Shown one piece after another: positions 28,611-38,077 of a stretch of 64,000 bases of DNA. The position numbers were made by a program, and so were the translations under genes. The DNA lies in NCBI GenBank assembly GCA_049515535.1, contig JBEKTZ010000015.1:1-64000 (forward strand), read 5' to 3'. Origin of the DNA: Candidatus Aminicenantales bacterium (GTDB lineage: Bacteria > Acidobacteriota > Aminicenantia > Aminicenantales > UBA4085). Each line of letters begins with the position of its first letter. Positions within the stretch are counted from its first letter, which is position 1. The notes below the pieces were generated by a model. That model saw nothing but the letters and a program-made list of their open reading frames with translations. It was not told where the DNA came from and searched no databases.

Positions 28611-30137
28611 ATGTCGCCCATGGCCGGGGGGAAAAAGATTATTGCCGCGTTTTTCATCGCCGCCGTCCTCATCTATTATGGGTGGCTCCTGGGAACGAAT
28701 CTTTGCACCGTGGCGGGAGGCTCGGACAGCTCGGGCTACCTGAATTTCGCCCGGCGGCTGAGGAACGGGCCCCTGGTGGAACCCGTGAAAACCGTGGAGG
28801 CTCTCGGCCTGAGCGAGGAATTCCGTCCGCTCTTTCAGCCGATCGGATTCACGAGGGGCTCCCGGAGCCAGACTATCGCTCCCGCTTATCCCCCGGGACT
28901 GCCCCTGCACATGGCTGCGTTGGCCGCGATTCTCGGCTGGAAAATCGGCCCATTTCTTGTCAGCCCGCTGGCGGCTTTGGCTGGGTTGTTTCTCATCTAT
29001 GGCCTCGCCCGACAATTGGGGCTGTCAAGGCCGCTGTCCTTGGTCGGAGGGTGCGTTTTAGCCGCGTTTCCCGCATATCTGTTCATCGCCGTTCAGCCCC
29101 TGAGCGATGTTCTGGCGAGCTTCTGGGGCATGTTCGCCGTCCTCGCCGCCCTGCTTTCGCGGAAGCGCGCCGGCTGGGCGTGGGCCGCGGGGGCGGCCTT
29201 CGGCCTGGGCGTTCTCGTGCGACCCTCCAACATGTTGATCCTGTTTCCCCTGCTTTGGGCGTTGCCGTCGAAGCCGAAAATCTTCCTGAAATTTTTTTTT
29301 GGCGGCTTTTTTTTCGGCTTCGTCCAATTCTTTTTCAACCGGGTCCTCTATGGAAGCGTGTTCACTACCGGCTATCGAGAGGAGGCGGCCGGCGCGTTCG
29401 CGATTCGGAATTTTCCCACTCTTTTCCTTTTTTTCGGCCGATGGCTCTCCCGCATGTTGACGCCTCTCGTTCCCTTGGCCTGGCCGGCGCTCATTGCCGA
29501 CCGGAACGTGCCGCGCCGGGACAGGCTCCTCCTTGTTTTCTGGTTCGCTCCGTTCCTGATTTTCTACGGCTTGTACCAGCCGTTTGAAAGCTGGACCTTT
29601 GTCCGCTTCTTCCTTCCCGCCCTGCCGGCGCTGATCCTTTCCGCTCTGCTGCTCTTGCGGGACGGCACGAATTATGCCCTCGAGAAAATCCGCGCCGCTC
29701 GATTCCGGGATTCCAAGACGCGGGAGATCCTGGCTTGGATTCCCAGGGTCATGGCCGGTCTGCTTGTCGTCCTGGTCGTTCACGCGGAAATCGGCCAGGT
29801 CAAGAAATTGAAGCTTTTGGATGTCAATGAATTCGAATCCGTTTACGAGCAAAGCTGTCTCGCCGTCAAAGGCCGATTGCCGGAGACGTCGATCCTCGTC
29901 TCCGGGCAATTGAGCGGAGCTCTGACCTTTTACACGCATTTCCCGATCTGCCTTTGGGATTCCCTGCGGCCGCAGTCCTTTTTTCTCCTTCAGCAAAAAG
30001 CGGCGCTCCGCGGCTGGGGCCTCTATGCTCTCCTTTTTCCAAGCGAAGAGAAAGAATTCCAAAACTTCGCGCCCGGTCCGTGGGAGAAAATCGAAAGCTA
30101 TCGCTTCGTCTCCCTTTGGCAATACAAACCGAAATGA
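28611..30137 (+). CDS. GT-C fold membrane glycosyltransferase (PMT/ArnT/GT39-like)
   Basis: GGSDSSGY after TM1, YPPGLP, PLSD, VRP, RFFLP; many TM helices. Confidence 0.75.
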   Translation: MSPMAGGKKIIAAFFIAAVLIYYGWLLGTNLCTVAGGSDSSGYLNFARRLRNGPLVEPVKTVEALGLSEEFRPLFQPIGFTRGSRSQTIAPAYPPGLPLHMAALAAILGWKIGPFLVSPLAALAGLFLIYGLARQLGLSRPLSLVGGCVLAAFPAYLFIAVQPLSDVLASFWGMFAVLAALLSRKRAGWAWAAGAAFGLGVLVRPSNMLILFPLLWALPSKPKIFLKFFFGGFFFGFVQFFFNRVLYGSVFTTGYREEAAGAFAIRNFPTLFLFFGRWLSRMLTPLVPLAWPALIADRNVPRRDRLLLVFWFAPFLIFYGLYQPFESWTFVRFFLPALPALILSALLLLRDGTNYALEKIRAARFRDSKTREILAWIPRVMAGLLVVLVVHAEIGQVKKLKLLDVNEFESVYEQSCLAVKGRLPETSILVSGQLSGALTFYTHFPICLWDSLRPQSFFLLQQKAALRGWGLYALLFPSEEKEFQNFAPGPWEKIESYRFVSLWQYKPK

Positions 30138-32620
30138 AATCTCCGATGGTCCGTCATCCGAAAGTCAAAAAATTCTTGGCGGGATCGGTCGTCTGCATTC
30201 TTTTCGCGGGAGTCACGCTTTTGCAGACCTTCCCGCTTTCCCTCGATCCCGCGCATGCGGTCTATGATCCGGGCGATCCGCTCTTGAATGTCTGGATCCT
30301 GTCCTGGGTCGGCGAGCATCTCGTCCAGGGGCCGTTCCGCCTCTTTGAGGCGAATATTTTCTATCCGTATCACCAAACGCTTGCCTTCTCGGAGCATTTG
30401 CTCCCGCTCAGCGTTCTGTCGGCCCCCGTTTATTTCCTGTCGCGGAATCCCATTCTCCGCTACAACCTCCTCCTCTACCTGACCTTCATCCTCAACGCCC
30501 TGGGGATGTTTTTTCTCGTTAGACATTTGACCCGGAACAAATGGGCGGGCGTCGTCAGCGGTCTTATTTTTTCCTTCAGCGCTTTCAAGATCATGCACAT
30601 CTCGCACCTTCAACTTCTGAGCTCGATGGGTATTCCCTGGTGTTTCCTCTATCTCCATAAATGGATGGCTGAAAAGAAATGGACGAACGCTGCCCTTTTC
30701 TCGTTTTTCTTTTTGCTGCAGGCCCTCAGCTGCGTCTATTATGGGCTCTTCTCGATGGCCATTCTGGTTTTGATCCTTCCCCTCTTTCTCCTTTTCAATA
30801 AGCGGTCGTTCGATCTTCCCTCGCTGGCGAAGCTGGCCGCCCCTCTCGTTCTCGCCGGCGGCATCCTGTATGCCTTCTCCCTTCCCTACCTGCGAGTTTT
30901 TCGCGCGCTCGGCTTGAAACGGGGATTGGCGGCGGGAGCGGAAGTCCAAAACTACCTGGCCGTCCTCCCGACGAATCTCCTTTTCGGCCGGCTCCTGTCC
31001 GGATGGGGCGAGCCTGAGAGATATCTTTTTCCCGGCCTGGCCGCCTGCGTCTTGATGATCGTCGCGATCGCCGGCAGGAGCATGTTTGCGGCCGGGGCCG
31101 ATCGAAGCGGGATTGTCCGGCGTATCGGCAGCGTCGCGAAGATCCTTTTCCTCGCCCTCGTGGCCGCGAACCTCCTGAGCCTTGTCGTCGCCCTGGCGGG
31201 GGGCGTCAGCTTTGCCTGGGGCGGACTCAAGTTTTCGGCGAACCGGGCGGAAAAACCCCTTCTCTTTCTTTTTATCCTTGGCGCTCTCTTTCTTGCCGCC
31301 AAGGTTTTCGAACGCCTCAGGGCCCGGCCAGAAGCGGACCGGAGCGCCTGGATTCTGGGCTATTCAATTCTGGCGTTCTGGGCCGCTCTGCTGTCGTTCG
31401 GCGCCGTTTTCACGCTCTCGGGAAAGACCACGACGGCTTTTCCGATGCCCTTTCCCTGGTTTTTCCGGCATGTGACCGGGTTTGACGGGATCAGGGAGCC
31501 GGCCAGAATCTCCGTTTTCGTGCTTTTCGGCATCAGCGTCCTGGCCGGCTTCGGCTGGGAACGGATCCTGGCCAAAATGACTAAAAAGGCCTGGCGGGGC
31601 GTCTTGACGGGAGCCCTCCTTGTTTTCATCAATCTCGAGTATCTTTCCATTCCCATCGAAGGCATCTCCGTCCCTGTCGGGAAGGATCTCCCGCCCACCT
31701 ACGCATGGCTCAAAGAGCAAAGGAAGGAAGCCGTTGTCCTGGAGCTTCCGTTCGCCGAGTGGATCCCCTGTGAGGCCCTCTATCTTTATTTCTCCACGTA
31801 CCACAAAAAAAGAATCGTCAACGGCTATAGCGGGTTCATCCCGGCTTCGGCCTATTGGCTGAAGGAGACGTTCAGGAAATTCCCCGATCCGGAGAGTCTC
31901 CGTCTTTTGGAAGCCCTCCACGTGGATTTTGTCGTTTTTCACGCGAAGCTGCTCCCCCCGGCGTTCGTTCCCGGCGTCGCGGCGCAAAGCGAATCCCTCA
32001 CCGGCGGAGAGCTCCGTCTGGCCGCGCGTTTTCAATATCCCTTCTCCCGGCCGAACACGTTCAAGGAATTTCTCGGGGACGATCTCGTCTTCTCCGTCCA
32101 TCCGGAACGCGCTTTCCGGAAATCGGGACCGGCCGAGGAGTCGCCGGCCATGGCCGAAATCCCTTCCGACCAATGGCGGATCACGGTCTCTCAAAATCAG
32201 CCGGCGGCTTCTTTGATGACGGACAAGGATCTTGCCTCCGGCTGGACGTCCGAGAAGGCGATCAGGCCCGGTGAATTCATCCAGATCGACCTCGGAAAAG
32301 CCCGTGATGTCCGCAGGGTTTCCATTTTTGGCGGCGCGACCTATTATGATTACGGCCTGGATTTTCAGATGGAAATCTCAGATGACGGGGCTCATTGGCG
32401 GCCCGTCCCATCGCGGTTCTCGAAGGCGGAATTTTGTCTTTCGCTCATCGCGGATCAGGTCCATGCTAATCAAGATCTGTGGCTGGAGGGCGGCCCGGCC
32501 AGATATCTGAAGATCATCCAGACGGGGAAAAGCGAGGCGTTCTCCTGGTCGGTCTCGGAATTGCGGATTTTCGAACGCCTGCCCTCAACCGGACGTCAGG
32601 CCCCAAACGAGGCGCGCTAG
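30134..32620 (+). CDS. GT-C/YfhO-like membrane protein with C-terminal discoidin (F5/8 type C) domain
   Basis: GDPLLNVWIL, EANIFYP, IREPAR, VNGYSG; C-terminal W....IQIDLG...SDDG..W...ARYLKI....WSVSEL; ATG overlaps the upstream stop. Confidence 0.78.
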   Translation: MKSPMVRHPKVKKFLAGSVVCILFAGVTLLQTFPLSLDPAHAVYDPGDPLLNVWILSWVGEHLVQGPFRLFEANIFYPYHQTLAFSEHLLPLSVLSAPVYFLSRNPILRYNLLLYLTFILNALGMFFLVRHLTRNKWAGVVSGLIFSFSAFKIMHISHLQLLSSMGIPWCFLYLHKWMAEKKWTNAALFSFFFLLQALSCVYYGLFSMAILVLILPLFLLFNKRSFDLPSLAKLAAPLVLAGGILYAFSLPYLRVFRALGLKRGLAAGAEVQNYLAVLPTNLLFGRLLSGWGEPERYLFPGLAACVLMIVAIAGRSMFAAGADRSGIVRRIGSVAKILFLALVAANLLSLVVALAGGVSFAWGGLKFSANRAEKPLLFLFILGALFLAAKVFERLRARPEADRSAWILGYSILAFWAALLSFGAVFTLSGKTTTAFPMPFPWFFRHVTGFDGIREPARISVFVLFGISVLAGFGWERILAKMTKKAWRGVLTGALLVFINLEYLSIPIEGISVPVGKDLPPTYAWLKEQRKEAVVLELPFAEWIPCEALYLYFSTYHKKRIVNGYSGFIPASAYWLKETFRKFPDPESLRLLEALHVDFVVFHAKLLPPAFVPGVAAQSESLTGGELRLAARFQYPFSRPNTFKEFLGDDLVFSVHPERAFRKSGPAEESPAMAEIPSDQWRITVSQNQPAASLMTDKDLASGWTSEKAIRPGEFIQIDLGKARDVRRVSIFGGATYYDYGLDFQMEISDDGAHWRPVPSRFSKAEFCLSLIADQVHANQDLWLEGGPARYLKIIQTGKSEAFSWSVSELRIFERLPSTGRQAPNEAR

Positions 32621-32632
32621 CCCGCCCTCGCC
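32554..32632 (+). repeat. 79-bp direct repeat, copy A (3' end of the discoidin-domain gene)
   Basis: 73/79 identical to 34198-34276. Confidence 0.9.
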
Positions 32633-32651
32633 GGAGCGCATTCGGATACGG

Positions 32652-34040
32652 TCAGCGATTGATGAATTCTGAGACACGATCCCGATTAGCCCAATATCCC
32701 GGCGGTCCCGAAACCGGGTCCGTTGGGATCGGCGTTAATAACGGGGGGAGCGAGGCATCCATCCTCACCCCGCGCCGTCTTTCTTGATGAGGCCGGCTGG
32801 AGGGCGTCACGAGATGAGACACGGCATCGATCGTCGCCCGGCCGAGGCCTCGGCCTCGGGTCGCGGCGCGGATCTCGCCGGTCAGCATGATCACGCCGAC
32901 GATCGCGTAAGCGATCGCCACCGAACGCAGGCTCCATCGTCGCCAGGCCGACTTTTGGCGTTCGGCGACATGAATCGCCAGGAAAGGCAGGACGATGAGA
33001 ATCCGGGTAAACCCCCAGGCCTCGATATAGACGGAATAGCTCAAAAACGGAATGAGGATGGTGAAACCTAGGAACGTATAGTCAGGGGCGGTCCATCGCG
33101 ATTTTTGAGACGCGACGGCCGCCAACCCCACCAGAGAAGCGGCCACCGCGATAAGACCGGCGATTTCCATCGAGGGAGTGCTGACGAAGCCGTAAATGAT
33201 TTCGCCGATTTTTCTCACGACCCCGGAGAAGGGCGAGCTGAAGATCTTTTCGCCCGCCGTAAAGGCCGTTCCCAACCAGATCTGCATATAGACTTTCCAC
33301 GCCAACCATACCGCGATGGGCGCAGCCACGAACGAGATGCTCCGGACAAATTTCTGTTCCCGGAGCTCGGCCGCGGCCAGACCGAGCGCGAGGATCACCG
33401 CGATTTCGCGCGAGAGGACGGCCGCCACGACGAAGCCGAGCGCGGCCCCGAATCGGCCTCGGCGGTGGAACCAAAGGGCGGCGAGGATGAACGCGACTGT
33501 TGCGGCATCCGGCGTCGTGCGGATGAGCGACGCGACCAATCCGCCGCTGAGGATTAAAATCAAGGCCCAGGCCGGACAACGGCCGTCTTCGCTGAGCATC
33601 CGGGCGATGAGGACGATTGCCGCGATCCCGAGAGTCCAGCACAGAAATTGATAGATATAAACGGCCAGATCCGCATTCCCCAGGCTTAGGATCCAGGCGA
33701 GCAACGGAATCATCAAACGGGACCCGCGAAAAGCCGGATTGTCCAGGGCAGCGATCGTGTCGTGGTTTCTCATGAACGGGTCCGTGGCGAGTGCCGCGTA
33801 GAACTGGCCGTCGTAGCCGTCCCGGCTCGTTTTCGGCGCGGTCGCGAGCGCGCTGGGATGCGGCATATCCTTGCCGAGACAGAGAAAGCCGCGAATATCC
33901 CCGGCGTATCGGCCGTCCGCAACAATCAACAACAAATAGCCCCAGCTTAGAAAAGCGGCCGCCAAAACGAACCATGACCGGAATTTGGTCTTCGGCGGCC
34001 CGTCCCGCTTTTCGTTAATCGTCGGTTTAATCCCGCCCAT
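32652..34040 (-). CDS. GT-C-like membrane protein (GYDGQFY; AZOBR_p60025-like glycopolymer formation family)
   Basis: GYDGQFY.ALA.DP, R.SR..IPLLAW, SRE motif, multiple TM helices; TATAAT 9 nt upstream of ATG 34040. Confidence 0.72.
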   Translation of the reverse strand: MGGIKPTINEKRDGPPKTKFRSWFVLAAAFLSWGYLLLIVADGRYAGDIRGFLCLGKDMPHPSALATAPKTSRDGYDGQFYAALATDPFMRNHDTIAALDNPAFRGSRLMIPLLAWILSLGNADLAVYIYQFLCWTLGIAAIVLIARMLSEDGRCPAWALILILSGGLVASLIRTTPDAATVAFILAALWFHRRGRFGAALGFVVAAVLSREIAVILALGLAAAELREQKFVRSISFVAAPIAVWLAWKVYMQIWLGTAFTAGEKIFSSPFSGVVRKIGEIIYGFVSTPSMEIAGLIAVAASLVGLAAVASQKSRWTAPDYTFLGFTILIPFLSYSVYIEAWGFTRILIVLPFLAIHVAERQKSAWRRWSLRSVAIAYAIVGVIMLTGEIRAATRGRGLGRATIDAVSHLVTPSSRPHQERRRGVRMDASLPPLLTPIPTDPVSGPPGYWANRDRVSEFINR

Positions 34041-34197
34041 ATCCGAAGTATTATATCCGATGCTCCGGACAATGGGCAAATTGGGATTGTGTCCCCTTTT
34101 TTCCTGATGGCATAAGGCAGATGCCGGTATCGTTCGAAATTCAATTTCGCGCCGACCCAGGTCCTCTCGGCTTTTCTCGTGCAGGCGGACAAACTCC

Positions 34198-34276
34198 CTC
34201 GGAATTGCGGATTTTCGAACGTCTGCCCTCAAACGGACATCCGGCTCCAAACGAGGCGCGCTAGCCCGTCCTCGCC
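34198..34276 (+). repeat. 79-bp direct repeat, copy B
   Basis: Intergenic duplicate of 32554-32632 with 6 mismatches. Confidence 0.9.
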
Positions 34277-34422
34277 AGCCATCCTCCGGTCTCTTCAAGG
34301 GAGATACGGACTTCTCCGTGACCTTGGCCCGTTTCTTGAGATCATTCTCCCGCCATGCCGGGAATCTGTCGCCCTCGCCATCCGGAACGCACGGTTCTCT
34401 ATCGGACGCATCAGGTTCTCTC

Positions 34423-34491
34423 GAGTGTGGCGGCTCGATGAAGATCGTCGCCTTTATCACAGACCACGAGGCAGTCGAAAAGTAAATTCTT
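34423..34491 (+). pseudogene. Remnant of an IS91/ISCR-like transposase C-terminus
   Basis: Translates ECGGSMKIVAFITDHEAVEK*IL, resembling the C..CGG.M.I.AFIT....I..IL end of IS91-family transposases. Confidence 0.6.
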
Positions 34492-34536
34492 ATAACCCCA
34501 GCCGCCGTTTCCAAATTGTGCCCGCCGAAAAATCGA

Positions 34537-34565
34537 TTGACGCATGGATTTTCGGGACGTATAAT
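34537..34565 (+). promoter_or_regulatory. Near-consensus sigma70 promoter for the Cys-rich operon
   Basis: TTGACG-N17-TATAAT; GGAGGAGGTG RBS before ATG 34613. Confidence 0.75.
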
Positions 34566-34612
34566 CTAACCATAATCGAGGGGCCTTCCCCGGTTCAGGG
34601 AGGAGGTGCTTT

Positions 34613-35662
34613 ATGGCTCGGATCATCCGTCACAAAGAGGTTCTTGGGGCTTTCACCGTCCTCGTCGTTTTCGCCCTTCTGTTTCTCTGGGGCCAGAGTT
34701 CTGCCGCTAAAACCAGTCCGGCGGCGGCCGATTCCGCGGCCCTCTCGGCCGCACGCGTCGATGCCGCCACGATGCCGGCCGCTCCGCCGGCCATGACCTA
34801 TCGCGCCGGAACGCCGCCGAAGTACACCGAATCGGTCTGGGATTTCCTCAGCTATCAGACCTACACGATGGGCGTTTATCTGAGCAACGTCGAAACGTCG
34901 AAGCTGACGACGACGCAGATCACGACCATCACCCGCGACTTCGGCGCCTGGTTGAAGAGAGCCTTCCCCAACGCCAACCGCGACTACCGGGCTCTCTGCC
35001 TGGTCAAATATCCGAACTCGGTCAAAGCCCTGCAAACGCCCAAGGGCACCGCGGAGTCGATCATGAAGGCCGGGTATTTTTCCGAGGCGATCATCACCTT
35101 TGGCCGGAATTTCTCCAACTCGGCCAACTATCAGAAGACGATCAACGGCTTCTACCAGGACTACCTGAAGCGGCCGGAGAAAAATCGTCCCGTTCCGCAG
35201 GCCCAGTTCGTCGGTATCCTGGAGGGTTACGGCAAGTGGATCTCGGCCCTCGATGATTGCGTGACGATCAACACCGCCGGGGCCCGGGGCGCCGGCGGGA
35301 ACCAGGTCGCGGCCGCCCAGAGCTGCGGCGTCTGTGTCGGGCCGATCATCATATCCGCGAACAACATGAGCTGCGGCGTCTGCGTCATCACCCTCTCCGG
35401 GGCCGGCGCGGCCAGCTGCGCCCAGCAGACCTGCGGCGGCGGCATCACCTGCGGCAACAACGCTTCGACCTGCGGGGCCACCTGCGGACAAGCCGCGACC
35501 TGTCTGGGCGTGACCTGCGGCGGCGGAACGTGTCTCGGCGTTTCGTGTTCTTCTAACACCTGCGGCGTGGCCCTGACCTGCGGCTCGGGCGTCGCCACTT
35601 GCGGTGCGGCCACGTGCGCGGGCGCCAGTTCGTGCGCCCTTGTATGTGACGTAAAACGGTGA
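34613..35662 (+). CDS. Exported protein with C-terminal [S/T]C-repeat Cys-rich tail
   Basis: Signal peptide-like N-terminus; 11 TC and 5 SC dipeptides in the last ~115 aa; strong RBS and promoter. Confidence 0.85.
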   Translation: MARIIRHKEVLGAFTVLVVFALLFLWGQSSAAKTSPAAADSAALSAARVDAATMPAAPPAMTYRAGTPPKYTESVWDFLSYQTYTMGVYLSNVETSKLTTTQITTITRDFGAWLKRAFPNANRDYRALCLVKYPNSVKALQTPKGTAESIMKAGYFSEAIITFGRNFSNSANYQKTINGFYQDYLKRPEKNRPVPQAQFVGILEGYGKWISALDDCVTINTAGARGAGGNQVAAAQSCGVCVGPIIISANNMSCGVCVITLSGAGAASCAQQTCGGGITCGNNASTCGATCGQAATCLGVTCGGGTCLGVSCSSNTCGVALTCGSGVATCGAATCAGASSCALVCDVKR

Positions 35663-35674
35663 CGGTTATCCGTA

Positions 35675-38077
35675 ATGCCGGCTGACTCCAGGCGAAGCCG
35701 GCGGGTCGTCCTTTTCGCGTCGGGGTTCGTTCTTCTCGGCCTGATCGCCGGATGGGTCACTCCGCTCGAGATGCCGTCCCTCCGGGCCGCCGCGTTGACC
35801 CTCGGCTTGGGGATCGTCCTCACGGGCGGCTCAAACCGGAAGGGGAGCGCCGTGCTCACGATCGCCGCTCTCGCCGCCTGCTTACTAATCTTTTTCGCCG
35901 CGACACCCGTCCAGGCTCTGTTTTGCCTGGCCGCGGCGACGGCCGTGTCTTTTCCGTGGCCGGGCGCATTCGCCCGCGGCTTGCGGACCGCGCTCCTCGG
36001 CGCCGGAGGCGTTCTCCTGCTTTATCATATGTCGCCGGCTATCGCTGCGGCGTTGAACAACGCGGCCGCCTCGCTGACGAAAGCCTTATCGCCCGGGGGC
36101 GGACTGATCCTGGGCTGGAACGAAAGCGGGTTGTTCGCCATGGGCGCGGCCATGGCCGCCGTGCTGTCGGCCGCGGGTTTCCGGCGCGGACGGATCATCC
36201 GCGCCCTCGCCGCGGCGGCCGGATTTGCCGTCGCCTGGATCGTCCTGGTCAACCTTCGTGCTCATTTTCCTGAAGGGAACTTCACGTCTTCCCTTGTCTG
36301 GCAGCTCGGATGGCTGGAGTTCCTCGGTCTGGCGAGCGGATGGGCCGTCAGCCTCGTTTCCTGCGGATCGTCCGCTCTTCCCACTCGCGCACGCTCGGTC
36401 CGGATCATCCTCGCCGCCGGTCTCACCGCGATTTTCTGCTTGGTCATCTGGTTCGGACTCCGCCCCGGCGCCGGCCTTGGACACCCGCTCAAGATCGGCC
36501 TCTGGCAGGGCAAGTTCATCGGCACCTGGGAGATGCCGAGCTGGGAAAGGCCGGGTGTCGAGCTCACGTCGGCCCACTTCGGAATGCTGCCATCGTATTT
36601 GAAGGCTCTCGGCTGGAAAATCGAGACCTTCGGTCCCGATCTCTCGTCCGACCGCCTCGCCGGCCTCGACGCGGTCTTGGTCATCAACCCGCTCGAGCTC
36701 TCGGACGGGACCGTGTCGGCCTTCCGCGATTTCGTCTCGCGCGGCGGCGGACTTCTCGTCGCCGGCGACCATACGAACATGTTCGGCCTCCGAGCTCCCG
36801 TCAACCGCCTTCTCGCCGGCACCGGGATCTCCCTGGGCGATGATACGGTCATACCGGCCCGCGAAACCTGGCCGGGGTCGCTCGATATCGTCGGAGACCG
36901 CTGGTGGACGGCCGGGGTGTCCGAGACCTTCCTCGGATATGGCGTCGGTGCTTCGCTCGATGTCCGCCGGCCCGGACGTCCGCTCCTCATTGGCCGGGCC
37001 GCTTTCGCGGACGGGCCCAACCCCGATGATCCCTCCGGGAACCACATCGGCGATTACACGCAGCGTCCGGGAGAACCGATCGGCGGATTGACCCTGGTCG
37101 CTTGGGCGCCCGTGGGGCGCGGGCGACTCGTCGCCTGCGGCGACACGTCGATCTTCCAGAGCCTGAGCCTGAGGACCAGTCATTCGTTCGTCCGGCATCT
37201 CGTCGAATTCGCCGCGGCTGGAGCTTTGTCAGGCGGTCCAGCTGGACGCGTTTCCCCCTGGGGCTTACTCTATCCGGCGCTCCTGGGCGTGTTCGGTCTT
37301 TTGGCGCTCTTCCTTGCTGGCGGGATCGGCCCGCTCGCTCGTGCCCTCGTTCCGCTCGCCTTCGCCGCCGTGATCGCGACCGCGTCGTTCTCCGCGCGCG
37401 CCGAGGTCGAAAGGTTTAATGCCGTCCCGGGCTCGCGGGTCGCGGCGGTGGACCTCTCCCACGCCAATGCCTTCGATCCCCGCGGTGCGACCGACGACAG
37501 CGTGGACGGCCTCTACCTCAATCTCATGCGGGCGGGGTATCTTCCCGTTAACGCCCCGCGCGGACTGGCCGGGTTCGCCGGCGGCGCCGGGGTGGAGGCG
37601 GCCATCGTGATTGCTCCGACACGCCCCCTCGGCCCGGCCGAACGCGACGCCCTGCTCGACCTCGCCGACAAAGGCGGCCTGGCCCTGATCGCGGCCGGGG
37701 CGCGTGAGGAGCCGTTCACGCGCGACCTGCTCGCGGCGGCCGGGCTTAAACTTCGCCCGGTCGCTCTGGGCCCCGTGCCGTACCTCGATTCCTCGACCCC
37801 GGGTCCCTGGACGAACCAGCCCCGGTTCAGCGACACCTGGCCTCTCGAGATCGACCCGGCGGGCCCTGCCCGCTCCCTCTACGGCGTGGAGCTCGGCGGA
37901 CGCGGCTGGGACATCATCGCCGAGGCGCCTCGCGGCCGCGGCCGGATCCTCGTGATCGCCGACCCGCGCTTTTTCTGCGATATGAACCTCGAAGCCATCG
38001 GGACGTACTGGAAGCCGAACATCGATCTGTTGCGGCAGCTCCTGGGCGGGAACACGGATGGAAAAGACGAACATTAG
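35675..38077 (+). CDS. Multi-pass membrane protein with two class I GATase-like (DUF4350-like) domains
   Basis: N-terminal TM bundle; DAVLVINP...FVSRGGGLLVAGDHT...GRGRLVACGD; TM pair; VDLSH...GRGRILVIAD. Confidence 0.78.
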   Translation: MPADSRRSRRVVLFASGFVLLGLIAGWVTPLEMPSLRAAALTLGLGIVLTGGSNRKGSAVLTIAALAACLLIFFAATPVQALFCLAAATAVSFPWPGAFARGLRTALLGAGGVLLLYHMSPAIAAALNNAAASLTKALSPGGGLILGWNESGLFAMGAAMAAVLSAAGFRRGRIIRALAAAAGFAVAWIVLVNLRAHFPEGNFTSSLVWQLGWLEFLGLASGWAVSLVSCGSSALPTRARSVRIILAAGLTAIFCLVIWFGLRPGAGLGHPLKIGLWQGKFIGTWEMPSWERPGVELTSAHFGMLPSYLKALGWKIETFGPDLSSDRLAGLDAVLVINPLELSDGTVSAFRDFVSRGGGLLVAGDHTNMFGLRAPVNRLLAGTGISLGDDTVIPARETWPGSLDIVGDRWWTAGVSETFLGYGVGASLDVRRPGRPLLIGRAAFADGPNPDDPSGNHIGDYTQRPGEPIGGLTLVAWAPVGRGRLVACGDTSIFQSLSLRTSHSFVRHLVEFAAAGALSGGPAGRVSPWGLLYPALLGVFGLLALFLAGGIGPLARALVPLAFAAVIATASFSARAEVERFNAVPGSRVAAVDLSHANAFDPRGATDDSVDGLYLNLMRAGYLPVNAPRGLAGFAGGAGVEAAIVIAPTRPLGPAERDALLDLADKGGLALIAAGAREEPFTRDLLAAAGLKLRPVALGPVPYLDSSTPGPWTNQPRFSDTWPLEIDPAGPARSLYGVELGGRGWDIIAEAPRGRGRILVIADPRFFCDMNLEAIGTYWKPNIDLLRQLLGGNTDGKDEH

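Noticed and set aside
34041..34514. 158-aa N-terminal extension of the GYDGQFY protein
   Set aside because: Runs through the direct repeat and IS remnant; a promoter-like motif sits just upstream of ATG 34040
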